DNA of 64,000 nucleotides, taken from contig NC_087437.1 in NCBI RefSeq assembly GCF_036321535.1, positions 18,478,001 to 18,542,000 of the forward strand, in the 5' to 3' direction. A program made the translations under genes and the position numbers. Origin of the DNA: Camelus dromedarius. Lineage: Eukaryota. Shown piece after piece: positions 1 to 12,240 of this stretch; the stretch's first letter is position 1; each line of letters opens with the position of its first letter. A model generated the notes under the pieces. The model searched no databases. It had not been told where the DNA came from and worked only from the letters and a program-made list of their open reading frames with translations.

Positions 1-3000
1 TGGGGAGGAACCCAAACAGGGGTGCTGGAAAATGAGGTCTTAGAGCCCCCCTGGCGCTCCCACCATGCTGGACACCTGCCTGATCCCTTAGCCTCCTCCC
101 TGGTCCTCAGGGCAGGAGCACTTGGCAGTACCAGACCTGTGTCCTCATTGGCAGACTCTGTCCCAGTTGGGATGGGTGCAGGGACGTGTCTGTTCCCAGT
201 GACTAGTATTCACCCTGGGTACTTCTTAGGCCCTGACCTGCTCAGCTTCTCCTCTCACAGGGGCAGCAGTCTGGCCTTGAAGGCCTCCCTGACTCTGACA
301 CCACATCCCTGGCTCACTGCTGACCTGTTCTCAGTGCTTTTGGATCTGCTGCCTCTGGCCTGGCTGAGCCCTGCACCCTCCCACCACCCTGCCAGACACG
401 AGAGGCTGTCTAGCCTGATGAGCTGGCCGCAGGCTCTGGAGCCACACTATGTGGTTTCAGCTCCTGGCACCACTGCTTTCCGGCTGGATGACCTTAGAAA
501 AGGTATTTTACTTCTTTGTGTCTCAGTCTCTTCAACTATAAAATAGGGACAAAGTTATCTCTCACAGGGTTGTTAGGCAAATTCAAAGTTAATTTGATAA
601 AAATCTTCCAACAGCACCAGACACATTGCGTAAATGAAGGGCTTCTATTATTTTTAACATGATCACTGTTGTAATCATCACAGCAGGTCATTTCTGCACA
701 CCTCCTCTGGGACTCAGTGCTGGGTCGTGCTTGGCTCAGCTCCAGGCTCCGTCAGGTGGCACTCACACACTAGCAAGTAAGACCCAAGTGTTAACAGTTG
801 TGATATAGGAAGCATGTGGTACTTGGGGTTTGTGACTAAGGCCAAGGACATTTTGTCCCTGGCTTACTTCAAGCTTTGGCCCTTGGTTGGATCTCTGAAT
901 TCCTGTCTGATCATTTCTGCTCTGCTGCCAGCAGTCCAGGTGTAATCCTGGCAGAGGAGCTTGGATTTGATGGGGTAGAAAAGTAGGGGCTGATGTATTA
1001 AACTACCTGATGTTTACTGAGCATGCCCTATGGGCCAGACACCACGCCTAGCAAAAGATTGGCTAACAGAGTTCTCCAGAGAGAGCCAGGCAGGCTCCCC
1101 TGAAGGTCCGGAGCCCTTCCCATGGAACAGGCTGGCCAGGAGGTGGGATGTTTTGGAGGGAACCTAAGGAGCAGTGGGTTAGATCTGGGATGGCAAACAA
1201 GTTTCCTCTCTGGACCAGTCACCTGGTTCTGGCTGCCAAGGGTGCTGCATTGAAAAGGGTTCTAAGACTGAATAGGAAAGAGGACCATGATGGACTGATG
1301 TCCACCATGGCTCTGGGAATGGGAGGGACAGCACCCGTGCCACCTACTTACCATCTAGACCTGATGATGTTTAAGGTCCTGTACAGCAGAAAATGACACA
1401 ACACAGTTCTTGCTAATGAAGTGAGCTGAATGCACTGGTGGCTTCCTGGAGGAGCTGGGTGAGGCAGTGACAGTTCTGGGTTTGGATTAGCAAAGATGGG
1501 AGACAAAAGGCTGGAGCAAAGTCTGGGGAGGGGAGAGTGGATCCTTAGAGATGCCAAGTGGCTGAGACCCCTGGCGGGGCTGCACACCATTTATGCCTAG
1601 CCTGCAAATCAGCAGCCCTAGGGAAGCTGCCCATTTCTGGGAATTGTGCAGAAGGGAAGGGCAGCTCCTGGAATGCAGAGCCATTTCCTCCACAGGGGTT
1701 GGGTCACTCCCCCAGTGTATCCTCATCCCCCTGAGCTGGGCACACCCAGACATCACACAGATGAGATTAGCTTCCCAGGGCTGATTCAGCTCAATGTTTG
1801 TAAAGTCCTTTCACTCTCCAAAGAGCTCCATTAGTGAATGTGCCCCCTTCTTCCAGCTTTATTTACCAAACAACTTGTAGTTCGACTGATGGGCGAGGGG
1901 GGGTCTTTAAAATGATTAGTATAGCAATAGAGAAGCAAAAAGCAGTGACCACTAAACCTTCAATTAAATTGGTATCATCTTTGGAGAGGCTTTGGGCTGA
2001 CCACTAAGCATTTGCGTCTGTTACTATATTGGGTCCTCTGGGGTGCAGGGGCCCTTAGGGCTGTGGATGGGGCAGGCAAGGGACTCCAATCTCTGAAATG
2101 TACCACGTTGGAAGGAGACCAGTGACCCAACTACTTTGCATATTAGTACAGATATGACCTTACTGGGGGGACCTTCCAGTTTTTTCCCCCACTCAGGCCT
2201 TACACAGTCTTGAGGATCCTGTTCTGTTTTATAGACAGGGAAACAGGCCACTGGAAGTTAAGAAACTTACTCCAGGTCACACAAGGAGTCTGTATTAGAG
2301 ACAAAGTGGGGGAGCTCAAGCACTCTGGCTGCAGAGTCCAAGGCTATTCTGACCCCACCCCCACCCCAAGCTGCCTCCCTGAAAACAGAGGGGACTTTGC
2401 GTAAGACTTCTCAGGAGGTATCAGGACCTCCCTCGAAGCACATTTGAAAATTGCTGGGTGAAAAGGTTATTCTGGGGTAATGGGTCCACCTAGCACCCCA
2501 CATCCTGGGGGCATGAGCCTGCCCCTGTTAGAAGGGTGGGTGTCACTCCCTGCTTCTTGGCCCAAGGGAGGGCTGGGTGGGTGGAAGGCTGCTTTGGGCA
2601 GCATCAAGTAGTCTGTCAGTGAATACGCCCTGAGGCTCCCACATGTTGGGCCCTGCCTGGCCCTGTGAGAGGCAAGGGAATGAGGAGACATGGCTTTTGT
2701 CCTCGTGGAACTTCCAAGTTGCTGGGGGAGGTGAATCTGCCATTCAGGAAACAACTCCAGACCAGGCAAGGTGATGCTGACCGTGGGGAAAGAAAGGGAA
2801 CGAGAAACCAGGCAGCCAAAAAGCTTATTTCTCAACGGGAAGATGCCTAAAGTTTTCGTATACACGTTATTAAAATCTTCGAGACAGGGATATTTGCCTT
2901 TTAGGAAGACGTTTCCAGTATGAGCAGGGGTTTGGGTTGCCGTGAACTGGGAGGGGCCTGGGAGCCGTGGTTGCCATGGGAACCAGCACTTGGCTGCTTT

Positions 3001-4919
3001 CGCCGCCCTGTGGCTTCTGTTCCAAAAGTTGGTTTCTGAGTGGAGCGGGCTGCCTGGAACCTCAGAGCCATTTCCCATGGAAACAATGTTCTAAATGATG
3101 GGTGACATTCCCACACAGGCTTATTTAGTCCGACTGCAAGGGAGCTGAGGTGGCAATGGGGCTTCTTATGGAGGAGGGAAAGGAGGCTGGGCATCGTAGA
3201 GCCTCAGAGTGGAGGGAGGGAGGGAGACTGTGGGTCCATCCCTTCTGGGAACAAAGTAAACGAGGCGAGAAAACAAGCATTTGAGCACCTTCTTTTTCTC
3301 TAAGCTGGGCACATCTCATACATTTTAATTGCATACTTGAAGTGATCCTGCACAGGATGATTCTCTAACCAACCCCATCTTGCAAATAAAAAACTGAGGC
3401 TGTGAACGGTAACTTGCCCAAGATCACCCAACTGGTCAGTAGGAGAGTATCAAGTGTGGAAATTTGGTGAGGAAACTTTAAAGACAGCCCCAGGTCCACC
3501 TTCTCCCACCCTCTCACCTCACAGGGGCCATCCATGACCCTCAAATGGTGAAGAGCCAGCATTCTGGAATGATCTCCAAGGTGCGGTCTATTTGAACAGA
3601 CTGGGGAGGAGGGGGATGTTGTAAATGGGGCAGTATGCTCCTTAATCACCAACCAGCTTTTTATCCTGGGTGACTTCTGTCATCGCCTGGGGTGACTTTT
3701 AAAAAAACTTTCTCCACACCACGTGAGACCAGCCGATTTTGTAGGAGGGTGGTGCACGCCCCTTGGCATTTTGACTGCCCTGCCTGTTTACAAAGACATC
3801 ATTTAGTCTGGGATTATTTCAGGGGAGGCTGAAGACTGGAAAAACACCCATCCAGAGAAGATTGCTGAAAGTCCTTATGGACTGAGGGGTTTTCTGGGCT
3901 CATTATCCCACCCTCGCAAACCTCCTTTTCCTCCTGGGTTCACGCTTGCTTCCAGTAGGGGTCTTATCTTTGTGATTGGTCTGACTGGGGAGAAAAGGGG
4001 AGACAGTCCCAACCCTTGGCCGGGAGAGCTGCTCCCAAGCCCTCTGCATGGGGAGGCCAGCGCTGTGGCTAGTGGGTTGTCTGACAGTTGTTCAGAAAGG
4101 CCATTGTTGGGCCTCAGGTTCCTCTAGCTGGAGTCTGTCCTCGCTGGTGCTGTACCAGGCCTTGGTGATACAGGGAGGGACAAGATGTATGCCTGCCCTT
4201 TTGTGCACAGTTCGTGTAGAAGACTTCAAGGGTGATAGTGGCCTCTGCCCCAGGAGCAGCTGGGCACAGGGTAGAAGGGGATACGTCCCAGGGTAGGCAA
4301 TGCCTGGGCCTGACCCATGGAGAGGTATGTGTGTGTAGAGGGCTCTGTGTGACCACGGGGCACCCTGGGGAGCACAGAGTTGGTTGGGGAAGTGAGTAGC
4401 GTGAGTAGTGCCCCTGCAGCATGGGTACCCTGGAGAGGTCAGCGGTGACAGCCAGTGACAGCCTTGAATGTCCAGTGAAGGGGACTGGACTTGACCCATC
4501 AGCTACAGGAAGCAGTAAAGGATTTTTCTCCATGAGGGGCACAGTCATTCTGACCCCTTGAATCTGTTCCATTAATCTGAATTGGGCGGGAGCCCTGACT
4601 GGCTCCCTGTGGTCTCTCAGGGCTCAACCCTGAAGCAGGGCGCTGTCAGAGGAAGGGGCCCCCCATCTGACCGTTTCCTGTCTGCTGCCTTGCTTGGCAA
4701 GCAGAGGGCAGTTTTTTTTTTATCAAATCCCCAGATGATTCTGCTGTGGGTGGTCTGAGCCCCGCCTCAAAAGTTGGATTCAGGTCCTCTGTCACATTAA
4801 CATATTTCTTATCTGATTTTGAGAAGATCAAAAGAAACGATTTTCCTTCCCGATACCTTCCTACCCACTTAGTATTTTTTATTCATGTTGCTGCCAGCAG
4901 AAAATAGAAGGGAGCTTTA

Positions 4920-5133
4920 GTTTTTAATTTATATTTATTGTAATTGTTTTATTGAGGTAGCGTTGATTTACAATGTTATGTTAGCTTCAGGAGTACAACG
5001 TAGCGATTCAAAATTGTTATAGGTTATACTCCATTTTAAAGTTATTATAAAATATTGGCTGTATTCCCTGTGTTGTACATTATATCCTTGTAGCTTATTT
5101 ATTTTTTACATTGTAGTTTATGTGTCTTTGGAC
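4920..5133 (-). mobile_element. 5'-truncated L1 3' end (artiodactyl type)
   Basis: L1 3' UTR motifs with T-rich tail; 10-bp TSD GGGAGCTTTA at 4910-4919 and 5134-5143. Confidence 0.85.
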
Positions 5134-5157
5134 GGGAGCTTTAAAAAGAGCCTCTTT

Positions 5158-5276
5158 GGGGAAGAGTATATAGCTCAAGTGGTAAAGGGCTTGCTTAGTA
5201 TAAATGAGGTCCTGGGTTCAATCCCCAGTACCTCCTCTAAGAATAAATAAATAAATAAACCTAATTACCTCTCCCC
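5158..5276 (+). mobile_element. tRNA-Ala-derived camelid SINE (Vic-1 type)
   Basis: A box tagctcaagtggt, B box ggttcaatccc, (AATA)n, then cctaattacctc tail shared with other copies. Confidence 0.85.
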
Positions 5277-5952
5277 TCTTCACAGGCAGACACATTCCCC
5301 CTGGCCCACTGTCACTGTCTACCCCAAGCCAGCAGTTAAGGAGGGACAATGAGGAGCTGACACAGTGCTCCCCTGACCTAAGAGGCAAAGAGGAGGGAAC
5401 TGGCCCCTTCCCTCCTCTCCCCATTGCTGTCTCCTTCCAACTCCCTTCTGGCCCCTTTGGGCCACCAGCTCTGTTATGTGGGAGATCTCTGTTCAGTAAA
5501 GCCACAGGTTATCCCTACCATTATCCCCACCTAGGGAGAGGGGGGAACCAGATGCTGGGGCTTCAGCCGGCGCCTGGTCCTTCTCTCCTGCACCAGAGGG
5601 GCTTCAATCCCCACTTGAAGGAGGGGGAAATCACATGTTTTCAGGAGGCCCGAACATTTTATTTGGTGGGAACATTTGAATATTATTCAGCTTTTCCAAT
5701 ACACAAATATAATACATGCTTGTTGTAGAAAATTGAAAATTTGAGAAAGTGCCCCCAAATCTGCCCAAGAGACAGCTGCATGCCAATTTTCTCCAGGCCT
5801 AGAAACACACCTAGACATGTCGATTCATAGATGAGTAACCTCATGGAAGTGCTGTTTTCCAACCTGTTTTTTTTTCCCCATGTACATTAAAAGCTTTTTC
5901 TAGGTTAGTGGATAGCATCCTTTTCAATGACACATAGCATTGCATTGTATGG

Positions 5953-6426
5953 TGTCAACTGAAATAAATGCACAGCCTAAAAGTTGAGAGTTATGTTTTA
6001 TTTGGCAGGAGGACTTGAGCCAGGATGACAGCCTCCCAGATCGCTCTCAGGGACTGCCCCGAAGAGGTAGGGGAGGAGCTAGGATGTACAGGAGCTTTAC
6101 AACAAAGACCAGGTAGTTAGAACGTTAAAAGATTACTTGTTAACTGAAGGAAACCAGACATCTCAAGTTAAAGAATTTAGTGCTTTTCTATGTATGGGAG
6201 GGAGCAAACACTTGGGCTCATTGAATTCATTCCTTTGACAAGCACCTAGCTATCTAGGGCCAGTATCCTGTCCTTTCTTATTGGGTCCCCTCAGAGTGCA
6301 CCATTGTGAGTGGCTGCAGAGGCTGGGCTGCAGGCTTGTCTTCACTGGAGGGTGGAGGCAGCTGCTGACTTGATGGCTTCAGCATTCTTTGTTTACTAAT
6401 ATGGTTTGCAATATTTTTCGTTCACA
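5953..6426 (-). mobile_element. ERV1-class solo LTR
   Basis: TG...CA termini, perfect 4-bp TSD ATGG (5949-5952, 6427-6430), minus-strand AATAAA near 5997-6002; interrupts an old L1 fragment. Confidence 0.85.
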
Positions 6427-7006
6427 ATGGATACTTTTTCAACTTCTTTCTCCCACGTCCCCAGTATTTAAGTTATTTCCATTTTCCCCCTGTTCTTAAC
6501 ATCTTTGTACACTTGTCTGATTATACCTTTAGAATACATTCTCACATGTGGAATAGCTTCGAGAGAGGATATGTGCATTTAAATCTTTATACATTTATGC
6601 AAGTCCTGTTTGGACAGATTTACACTCTCACCCACAGTATACAAAAGCGCCTACTTCCCCCACCCCTGCAGGGAAATCCTAAATGTCAACATCAAGCTTC
6701 AGTAACTGCAAAAGATTATGCAATGACTCCTGTCTGTAGCCCCATGCAAATTAGCGTGGCCACATAACCCACACTTGTGTCTAACACCCTTTCTGTTAAA
6801 ATCTAGAATTGAGGACTCTTTCAGAGCTGAGAACAACTCTGAAAACCCAGCCCTTTAATCTGATAGGTATGGAAACTATGGCCTAGAGAGCTCAGTGGCC
6901 TTCACAAGCACCAGTGATAGACACAGGACACCCAGTTCGTCATTCTCCAGTCCGCTGAGCCCCTGCACAGGGCAGGGGCTGTCCTGTGCATAATAGGATG
7001 TTTAAA

Positions 7007-7140
7007 TAAATGATTGAATAAATCATTTTAACAGTTATTGTCTCTGGGTGAGGGTCCGAGGGTAAGACTTTTATTTTCTTTTGCATTTCTTCATCCTCAA
7101 AACTATCTACGATTGGGAGTATTTGTTATTCTGTGAGAAG
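7007..7140 (+). repeat. Local direct repeat, copy 1 (copy 2 at 8217-8350)
   Basis: Ungapped hand alignment gives 115/134 identities. Confidence 0.9.
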
Positions 7141-7529
7141 GGAGGACACCCCCACCACCGCAGCTTTGACTTCTCCCAAGCAGAGTTTGCAGTTAGCAGC
7201 TTAGGTCCCTGCCAACACCCTCACATTGTTCTTTAGGGGACTCTCCCTCGCATCCCCCACCAGTGTTTGGTGCTGTCAAGCTCCTCCTCCTGGCAGCTCT
7301 AGGCTTCCATCACGGTGACAGATCCTGATTTCACTCCTATTTTTCTGAGTGTTCCTTCCATGCTCCCTGCCTGCCTTTCCTCCTTGTCACTTTGTGATGC
7401 AGTTTCCAAAGGTCACTCTTCACTTTGCTGCCATTGCCTCTTCACAATCAGCCCTTATCTGTTCAGGCTCAACTGTTCTTCAGAATCCCAGTCCCACATT
7501 TCTAGCCCCCACTGAGTCACCTGAGCTCA

Positions 7530-7745
7530 ACGTTTCTCAACCTTGACACTATTGACGTTTTAGAATGGATGACTATGTGTTGGTGTGGGGGGCGTTGTCC
7601 TGTGCATCGTAGGGTGTTTAGCAGCATCCTTGGCCTCTGCTGACTAGATATTGGTAGCACCCCCTTAGTTTTGGCAACCAAAAATATCTCCAGACATTGC
7701 AGATATACCTGGGGGACAAAATTGCCCCTGGTTGAGAACCACTGC
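7530..7745. mobile_element. MER20 (hAT-Charlie) DNA transposon
   Basis: tttctcaacc...ggttgagaaccactg termini and internal tgtcctgtgcat...tttagcagcatcc motif. Confidence 0.85.
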
Positions 7746-8216
7746 CTTAGCTGGACTCACCTTCATCAAAATAAAACTTATCCCTGATCTTCCTCTTCCT
7801 TCTCCCCAACTAAAACAGGGGTTGACCAGATGTCAGGAGATTCTAGCACGACTTTCTGCATGATAAAGCACAAGGAGTCCAGAGAATGGAGCCAGAATCA
7901 CAGAATTCTAAGAGTCAAAAGGACTCAGAGGCCCTGAGCTCAGGTGTGCTAAGCTGTTGAGGCCCTCTTTCCCTTTAAGCTCAGATAGCCTCCAACTCTT
8001 TCCAGTACAGCAGTCCAATGACCAGAGTTGATGTAGAAGTGAAACTTTGTGCTCTCCCTGCTCAGACTAACACCCACGTGTCTACTTGTACAGGTATAGG
8101 ATGGAATTTAGTGGTGGAAAACCTTCTTTGACCTGACTTTTGGCTGGTTAAAGACCATGTGGTGTCTAGTAGTATCATGTCCCTGACACTTGGCCTGGCA
8201 CATGGCTGGTTTTCAG

Positions 8217-8350
8217 TAAATGACTGAATAAATCATTTTAACAGTGAATGTCTCTGGGTGAGGGCCCAGGAGTAACATTTTTATTTTCTTTTACATTTCT
8301 TCATCTTCAAAACTTCCTACAATTAGAAGTATTTGTTATTCTATAAGAAA
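8217..8350 (+). repeat. Local direct repeat, copy 2, ending 80 nt before the exon 2 acceptor
   Basis: Aligns to 7007-7140 at offset 1210. Confidence 0.9.
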
Positions 8351-8436
8351 GAAGGAAAGCCCATAAATATTTTCCCTTAAGTCAGAGAGGAAAAAGCCCT
8401 CACCTCATTCCACGTGTCTTGCCTCCGCAGGTCTGA

Positions 8437-8742
<306 letters not shown>

Positions 8743-9016
8743 TGAATTATGAACAGCTTTGTGGAAACCAAAGTGTGTTATTCAACAAAGAGGCAGCGCT
8801 AGAATCATGCCAGCTCAGTGATGTCACGTTTGTTATTTCTCGCTGATCAGAAGCTCTGATTAACACTTACAGATGTCTCTAGTTAATTAAAAGGAGGAAA
8901 ATCAATTTTTTCTTCATAAGCATAGTTTATTTGGTAATTATCTCTGGGAGTGGTGGGTAGAGGAGGATCTTCCATCTGACATCGTGTTTCTAGTTTAGTC
9001 TAAATTGGTCCAGATT

Positions 9017-9178
9017 AGCAGTTCTAAAACTGAGGAGCCAGGCCAACAGCAGCAGCAGGGAACTTATCAGAAATGAAAACTTTCAGGCCCTACTGATTCA
9101 GAAATTCTGAGGGTGGGGCCCAGCAATCTGTGTTTTAACAAGCCCTCCAGGTGATGCTGAAGTTAGAGGACCATTGTT
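9017..9178. mobile_element. MER5A-like DNA transposon
   Basis: cctactgattcagaaattctgagggtggggcccagcaatctgtgttttaacaagccctccaggtgat motif. Confidence 0.8.
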
Positions 9179-9278
9179 CTAGATTCTTACTGACTATTTA
9201 TACTGTCTGAGTCTCAGACCAAAGAGCCATTAATCATAGAATGTCATTCTAGAAGGGGAGCTTTGAAAACCACTCAGA

Positions 9279-12240
9279 TTGCAAGTTCTCTATCAGATAT
9301 GTGATTTGCAAATATTTTTTTTTACCATGCTTTGGCTTGTTTTTCATTCTCTTAACAGTGTCTTTCAAACACAAGAGTTTCTAATTGTGATGAATTTCAG
9401 TTTATCAGTTTGTTCTTTTATGCATTATGCTTCTGGTGTTGTGTCTAAGAAATCTTTGCCTAACCCAAGGCCACAAAGGTTTTCTCGTGTTTTCTTCTAG
9501 TTTAATGGTTTTTAGGTTTTACATTTAGGTTTATTATCTACCCTGAATTAATTTCTGTATATGGTGTGAGATATGAGACAAAGTTCATTTTTTTTTTGAT
9601 ATATGGATATTCAGTTGTCTGAGCATTACTTGTTGAAAAGATTGCACTTTCCCCACTGAACCGCTTTTTTCGTACTTTTGATGAAAATTGGTTGTCCATA
9701 TATTCTGTTTGTTTGATCTACTGCCCTATCTTAACACCAATAGTACACTGTCTTGATAACTGTAGCTTTATAATAAGTCTTGAAATCAGGTACTGTTAAA
9801 TCTCCAGCTTCATTCTTTCTCAAAGTTGTTTTGGCTAGCCCAGGTCATTTGCATTTCCATATGAATTTTAGAATCAGTTATGTTCTAAAATTCTAGATTT
9901 TGATTGAGATTGTGTTGAATCTGTGGATCAGTTTGAGGAGAATTGATTCCTAACAATGTTGAGCCTTCCAACCCATGAATGTGGTATCTCTTTTTTTATT
10001 TATTTAAGTCTTCTTTAATTCTCTCATCAATTGTTTTGTAATTTTGAGTGCATAGGCCTTTTACATATTTTATCAGATTTATACCTACCTCTGTACTATA
10101 AATGATGTTGGTTTTTTATTTTCAGTTTTCAATTGTTTATTGCTAAATATAGAAATACAATAGAATTTTATATATTGTAACCCACATCCTTGCTAATTAC
10201 TTATTCGTTCTAGTGGCTTTTTTGTAGATTCTATTGCATTTTCTACAGAGATGATTGTGTCTATGAGTAAAGATAGTTTTACTTCTTCCTTACCAATCTG
10301 GATGGCTTCTATTTATTTTTCTTGTCTTATTTCTGTGACTTAAACACATACTTGTCTTGTTCTTGCTCTTAGGGTGAAAGCTTTTAGTCTCTCAGCATTA
10401 AGTGTGATGTTAGCCATAAGGTTTTTATAGATAACCTTTATCAGGTTGAGGAAATACTTTTCTGTTCCTAGTTGCTGAGAGTTTTTATCAGGAGAGGATG
10501 CTGGATTTTTGTCAAATGTGTTTTCTGTATCTATTGAGATAATCGTATAGGCTTTCTTTTTAATCTTTAATATGGTAAATTACATTGATTAAATTTTCCA
10601 GTGTTAAGCCAAAATTGTATTCCTGGGATAAACCCCACTTGATCATGGTATGTTGGCTTCTTGTATATTATTGGCTTTGATTTGCTAAAATTTTGTTTAG
10701 AATTGTTGCGTCTATATTCTTGAGAGGTATCGGTCTGTAGTTTTCTTGTAATGTATGAGTAATGCTGGCTTTATAGAATGACTTGAGATGCGCTCAAGTA
10801 TGCGCTCTTCTTCAATTTTCTGGAAGAGTTTGAACAATATTGATATTATTTCTTCCTTATATGCTTAGTAGAGTTCATCTATGAAGACATCTGGGCATGG
10901 AGTTTTCTTTGTGGGAAGATTTTTAACTACAGATTTAATTTCTTTAATAGATATAGGGCTATTCAGGTTATCTACTCTCCAGTAAGCTTTTGTAGTTTGT
11001 GTCTTTCAAAAGCTTGATCAATTCATCAAAGTTAACAAAAGTATTGACGTCAAGTTGTTCTTAATATTCTCTTATTATCCTTTTCATATCTGTAGAATTC
11101 ATAATGATGTTACCTCTCACATTTCCAATATTAGTAATTTATGTCATCTTTTTTCCTAATCCTGGCTAGAGATTTATCAACGTCATTGATTTTCACAAAG
11201 AACCAGCTTTTGAGTCCATTGACTTTTCCCATTTGATCCTATTGATTTCTACTCTAATGTTTATTATTTCCTTTTGCCTGCCTACTTTGGATTTAATTTT
11301 CTCTGCTTTTTCTAGCTTCTTAAAGTGGAAGCTGATGTCATTGATTTGAACATTTCATCTTTTAATAATAAGATGTTCATTTTGGTGCTATAATTTCCCC
11401 CAACTACTTATTTAGCTCTGTCCCACAAATTATAATATGTTGTGGTTTCATTTTTATTTGGTTAAAAATACTTTTTAATTTCTCTTTTGATATCTTCTTT
11501 GCTCCATCGGTTATTTAGAGGTATATTATTTATTTTCAACTATTTAGGAATTTTCCAGAGATCTTTCTGGGATTGATTTCTATTTTAATTTCATTGTGTC
11601 AGAGAACATACAGTATAATTTGAATTCTTTTAAATTTATTGAGGCTTGTTTTATGACTCAGGATATGGTCTATCTTGGTAAATAGTCCATGTGCACATGA
11701 AAAGAATGTGTATCCTGCTGTTGCTGGGTGGGGTGTTCTATGAATGTCAGTTAGATCAAGTTGGTAGATAATGTTCTCCAAGTCTTCTATAGCCTTATTG
11801 ATTTTCTGTCTACTTGTTCTGTCAGTTATTGAGAGAGGTCTGTTGAATTTCAGAGTATGATTATGGATATACCTATATTTTTTTCCTTTTAGTTCGATCA
11901 GTTTTTGCTACGTGTATTTTGGCACTCTGTTGTGAAGTGCATAAATCTTTAAGAGGGAAACATCCTCTTGATAAATTGACCCTTTTATTATTATAAAATG
12001 ACGTTCCTCATCCCTGGGTTTCTCATCCCAGTTCTGTGGCCTGGAAGCTCTCCCAGGGCAGTCAGCTAGGCATTCAGATGCCCTCCTCTCTTGTATCCCA
12101 TCTCTTAGGGGTCACTGTCCTTTGTTGCCTGATGTCCAGTGTCTTGAAATCCAGTTTCATATATGTTGTTCGTTTTTTGGTTGTTTCCAGTGACAAGATA
12201 GATCTGGTCCCTGATACTCCATCTTGGCTGGAACCAGAAC
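9279..12240 (-). mobile_element. Degenerate L1 (ORF2 endonuclease/RT region plus a 5'-end fragment)
   Basis: Minus-strand peptide DLTDIHRTPHPATAGYTFFSCAHGLFTKIDHILSHKTSLNKFK (11599-11781) is L1 ORF2 endonuclease; many stops and frameshifts. Confidence 0.9.

Noticed and set aside
749..762. CTCF-like CCGTCAGGTGGCAC
   Set aside because: Two mismatches to the core; much weaker than the motifs at 31093 and 50493.
2467..3078. 203-aa minus-strand ORF and other long ORFs in the track (22-546, 16450-17139, 19806-20366, 22420-23007, 50607-51197)
   Set aside because: No recognisable domains; they often start at non-ATG codons and several run through SINE, L1, L2 or MER5 sequence, as expected for chance ORFs in GC-rich DNA.
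1..8430. MRAS promoter/first exon
   Set aside because: No CpG island or clear first-exon signature; interpreted as intron 1.
11599..11781. Endonuclease-like ORF as a functional gene (also 53053-53442 and 62933-63139)
   Set aside because: Fragments of L1 ORF2 surrounded by stops and frameshifts.
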